The position numbers and the translations under genes are program-made. 37,322 nt of DNA, taken from the IMG/VR virus record IMGVR_UViG_3300002091_000014, positions 1 to 37,322 of that record; one strand, written 5' to 3'. The notes beneath the pieces were generated by a model. The model did not search any database. It was not told the DNA's origin and was given only the letters and a program-made list of their open reading frames with translations. This document shows positions 34,951 to 37,322 of the stretch, piece by piece; within the stretch, counting starts at the first letter, position 1; the number at the start of each line of letters is the position of its first letter. Source of the stretch: a virus (Duplodnaviria; Caudoviricetes).

Positions 34951-35190
34951 TTACAGCCTCGCCAAAGTAAAGAGAGCAGCAACCGTAATGCCGCCCGCAG
35001 TCGTTGCCACAGCGTCCCAGGGGTCGAAATCGCCGCGCTTGAGCCATGCGTCCCAGATCCACTCTTTAGCGCATCCTGCGAGCAATGCCGCAACCGTACC
35101 GGCTATCGGATTGAATGCAGCAGTCACGCCAAGCGAGATCAGCGCACCGACTGCGAAGTGCAGGATCTTGTCAGTCGGGACGTTAAACAT
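34951..35190 (-). CDS. Small membrane protein (VanZ/YfiM-like DKxxHF...KE..D pattern)
   Basis: DKILHFAVGALI...AKEWIWD...FDPWDAVATTAGG. Confidence 0.6.
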   Translation of the reverse strand: MFNVPTDKILHFAVGALISLGVTAAFNPIAGTVAALLAGCAKEWIWDAWLKRGDFDPWDAVATTAGGITVAALFTLARL

Positions 35191-35470
35191 TCTGATCTGC
35201 CACAATCACCAACCCCTCACCCGCGAGTGCGACTTGCCAATCCGGGTCGCGCACCTTGATGTCGTAGGGGAAAGCCTTGCGGGTCATTTCGTCCATCAGC
35301 GAACAGGCAAACGGGCCGGATGTGAACATCGCCGTAGCCGGTTCCTGACCCGTTGGGCTTGCCGGAGTGACGAATAGCGTGGGGTCGGCAAGCGCAGTCT
35401 GTACGCCTTGCTGGTCAGCAGCGGCGATCAGGACGGTTGCAGATACCCAGTTTTGTGTGGTGTCGGTCAT
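35183..35470 (-). CDS. Hypothetical protein, possible spike-associated partner
   Basis: SPTGQEPAT motif; follows the spike-like gene; AAGGA RBS. Confidence 0.6.
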   Translation of the reverse strand: MTDTTQNWVSATVLIAAADQQGVQTALADPTLFVTPASPTGQEPATAMFTSGPFACSLMDEMTRKAFPYDIKVRDPDWQVALAGEGLVIVADQNV

Positions 35471-35486
35471 GTTTTATCCTTGGGAC

Positions 35487-36821
35487 TCAATAGGCGCGGC
35501 ATTTACTGTTAGTCCAATTTTCAAACGCAGCAATCTGACTCGCACTCAGCGCGATCCCGATGCAAACGTTGCTGAACGTGAGGCCGTTGAAGAACAGGCT
35601 TGTTCCTGCTCGTGCGCCGAAGTAAGCGGGGTAGTTGCCGTAATTCCCCGTGCCTTGGGTAGATGTGCTTTGAGCAACTTGTGCGCCGTTGAGCCGTAGC
35701 GTGACAACAGGGGCGGAAATATCTCCAAGCCCCGTCATCACCTTTGTGGTGGGCGCGGGATAGCTGGTCGGTGAAGTTATCGGTACTGAAACCGTCCCGC
35801 CTGAGGCGGTTGCAAAATTTGCCAATCCGTTAAACGGCGCGACTAAATAAAACGTTCCTGCGTTGCCACCTGCATTGACACTCAACTCGTTAATGATTCC
35901 GTAGCTGGTGTCGGCGTTCTTCCTCACACCCGCAAACTGAGAAACCTTATTCGTCCCGCTGAAGTCAACGCTTGCGTTCTGCATCCAGCTATTTGAGCCA
36001 TTCCACCGGAGTCCGGCGGGGAAGCCTACGCTGTCGTAGTCCGTGGCTGTATTGACGCGCTGATAGGTAGGGATCAGGCCGGTCGCTTGATCGGACGGCC
36101 TCTGGTCAGGATGCCAGATTTGAATCGTTTCAGTACCGGCAGCATTGAACGTCGAAGATTGATTGTCTGCGGTATGCACTTCAACGTTCAAGTAGTGCGC
36201 TGCTGAGGCGTATGTGCGTGTGACGGTGCAGATATACCATCCCGCATATTGTGGATGGGCGGTCATGGTCGCAGTCGTTCCTGCCGCAACCGTACCCTTT
36301 ACGCCATTGGTCAGGTCAAAAAACGCGCCATCTGCCGTGACTGCCGAATCAAAACCGAGCCCGAGCCACGATGCCGTGCCCGCTTTGGCAATGATGTAAT
36401 TCGTCAACGTTGTTCCGGCTGAACTGCCCTGCTGGAAAAATTCGTGACTACCAGTTCCTGCTGCAAGTTGTACTGTGCAAGCGGTGTTCGTTCCATCCGG
36501 CGCTGTTGACACCGTTGCGGACGTAACCCCGGCAGCTTTTGCCCACGGTGAAGTCCATAACTCAGTCTTGGTGAGGTAGCTATATCGCGCCGACCAGACG
36601 GGACGGTTCGCGCTGGTGGGCTGCGTCCTGTGATTCCCTCGTCCAGACAAGTCCAGTTGCTTGCCCACGGGCTGCTCAAGCGCGGTGACAGGCGTTGTAC
36701 CCGCAGCGTCCTGATACAGCGTGGACATATTGCTGTCGTCGTACAGCCAGCCGGGGGCGCCACCAGAGAATGCGCCGAGGATAATGCTGTAGAGCGAGTT
36801 AGCAGGCCAAGTCAGCAGCAT
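35487..36821 (-). CDS. Putative head spike / carbohydrate-binding fibre protein (LamG-like with inserted spike domain)
   Basis: STLYQDAAGTTPVTA...DLSGRGNH.TQ..SANRP; W.K.....TAPDGT...GWYICTVT; T/A/G-rich. Confidence 0.6.
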   Translation of the reverse strand: MLLTWPANSLYSIILGAFSGGAPGWLYDDSNMSTLYQDAAGTTPVTALEQPVGKQLDLSGRGNHRTQPTSANRPVWSARYSYLTKTELWTSPWAKAAGVTSATVSTAPDGTNTACTVQLAAGTGSHEFFQQGSSAGTTLTNYIIAKAGTASWLGLGFDSAVTADGAFFDLTNGVKGTVAAGTTATMTAHPQYAGWYICTVTRTYASAAHYLNVEVHTADNQSSTFNAAGTETIQIWHPDQRPSDQATGLIPTYQRVNTATDYDSVGFPAGLRWNGSNSWMQNASVDFSGTNKVSQFAGVRKNADTSYGIINELSVNAGGNAGTFYLVAPFNGLANFATASGGTVSVPITSPTSYPAPTTKVMTGLGDISAPVVTLRLNGAQVAQSTSTQGTGNYGNYPAYFGARAGTSLFFNGLTFSNVCIGIALSASQIAAFENWTNSKCRAY

Positions 36822-36824
36822 GAT

Positions 36825-37097
36825 TTACTGCTTGTACGCCACGGTGAACGAGCCGGTTCCGCTGATCACAACGTACAGGCCAGCACTGAACCCGAACGGC
36901 AAAGGCACAAACTGCCCTGGCAGCGGCGTAAACGTATCGACAATCTTGTCGGACGTCGTGGTCGTGGCCGAGTTGTAAATCGTCACAGTCGCTGTGCCTG
37001 ACGAGCAGAAAATCCCGCCCAAAGCCCCGCCAACCGGACTGACGTTCGCAGTCGCGGATAGTTGCTTATAGGAATACGATTCGGTAACAATGTTCAT
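36825..37097 (-). CDS. Small beta-rich structural protein, possible spike base
   Basis: GALGGIFCSSGTATVTIY...FSAGLYVVISGT; GAGGT RBS in the terL 3' end. Confidence 0.65.
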   Translation of the reverse strand: MNIVTESYSYKQLSATANVSPVGGALGGIFCSSGTATVTIYNSATTTTSDKIVDTFTPLPGQFVPLPFGFSAGLYVVISGTGSFTVAYKQ

Positions 37098-37100
37098 CGT

Positions 37101-37322
37101 TTAGTACCTCTCGATCTTGCGTGTCGGTTGCTCTTTCCAGAGCGTGTCCAAGGGAGCCGTGACGATTCGACCGTTCACGCCCTTTGCTGCGAATATCGCT
37201 TTTTCTTCCTTGACCGGTGGCTTGAGCATTTCCATGATCAGGCAGCCATAGGAAAACCCGTCGCCGTCATGGCTTGCCCAGTCATGCTTCGGCGTCAGGC
37301 TGAAAACCTTGGTCTCTTCGTT
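37101..37322 (-). CDS. terL: Terminase large subunit, 3' part ending ...PLDTLWKEQPTRKIERY*
   Basis: In frame with 1-1259 through the 80-bp overlap (1259+142 = 1401 nt); TAA at 37101-37103. Confidence 0.9.
   Translation of the reverse strand, partial: NEETKVFSLTPKHDWASHDGDGFSYGCLIMEMLKPPVKEEKAIFAAKGVNGRIVTAPLDTLWKEQPTRKIERY
37243..37322. repeat. Terminal direct repeat copy 2 (assembly circularisation overlap)
   Basis: Identical to 1-80. Confidence 0.95.

Larger units (their letters stand above)
1..37322. mobile_element. Complete temperate phage genome, circular assembly of 37,242 bp; lambdoid control and replication arm with podovirus-like virion module
   Basis: 80-bp terminal identity; terminase, portal, capsid, repressor, integrase and lysis genes all present; uninterrupted attP between int and endolysin; no host genes. 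Confidence 0.95.

Overview
The window is an apparently complete temperate tailed-phage genome. Bases 1-80 are identical to 37243-37322, so it is a circular 37,242-bp contig opened inside terL. It joins a lambdoid regulatory, replication and recombination arm (cro/cI/cII-like switch with five 14-bp operators, DUF1376 initiator with internal iterons, RecT-like/YqaJ pair, Q-like antiterminator, xis/int and an intact attP) to a podovirus-type virion module (terS/terL, portal, scaffold, MCP, adaptor, nozzle, three ejection-type proteins, tail fibre) and a holin/GH108 lysis cassette. The host is probably a proteobacterium (inference). Three observations stand out. (1) The lambda-architecture attP has a predicted core matching the XerC half plus most of the central region of the chromosomal dif site, suggesting a tailed phage that integrates at dif with its own integrase and rebuilds dif. 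(2) A reverse-strand two-gene cassette (DUF5678-like protein plus retropepsin-like aspartic protease) sits in the cI-OL interval where lambda keeps rexAB, and is a candidate defence or regulatory module. (3) An intergenic structured RNA with a loop-E motif lies in the early operon. All family calls come from motif recognition by eye; no searches were run.
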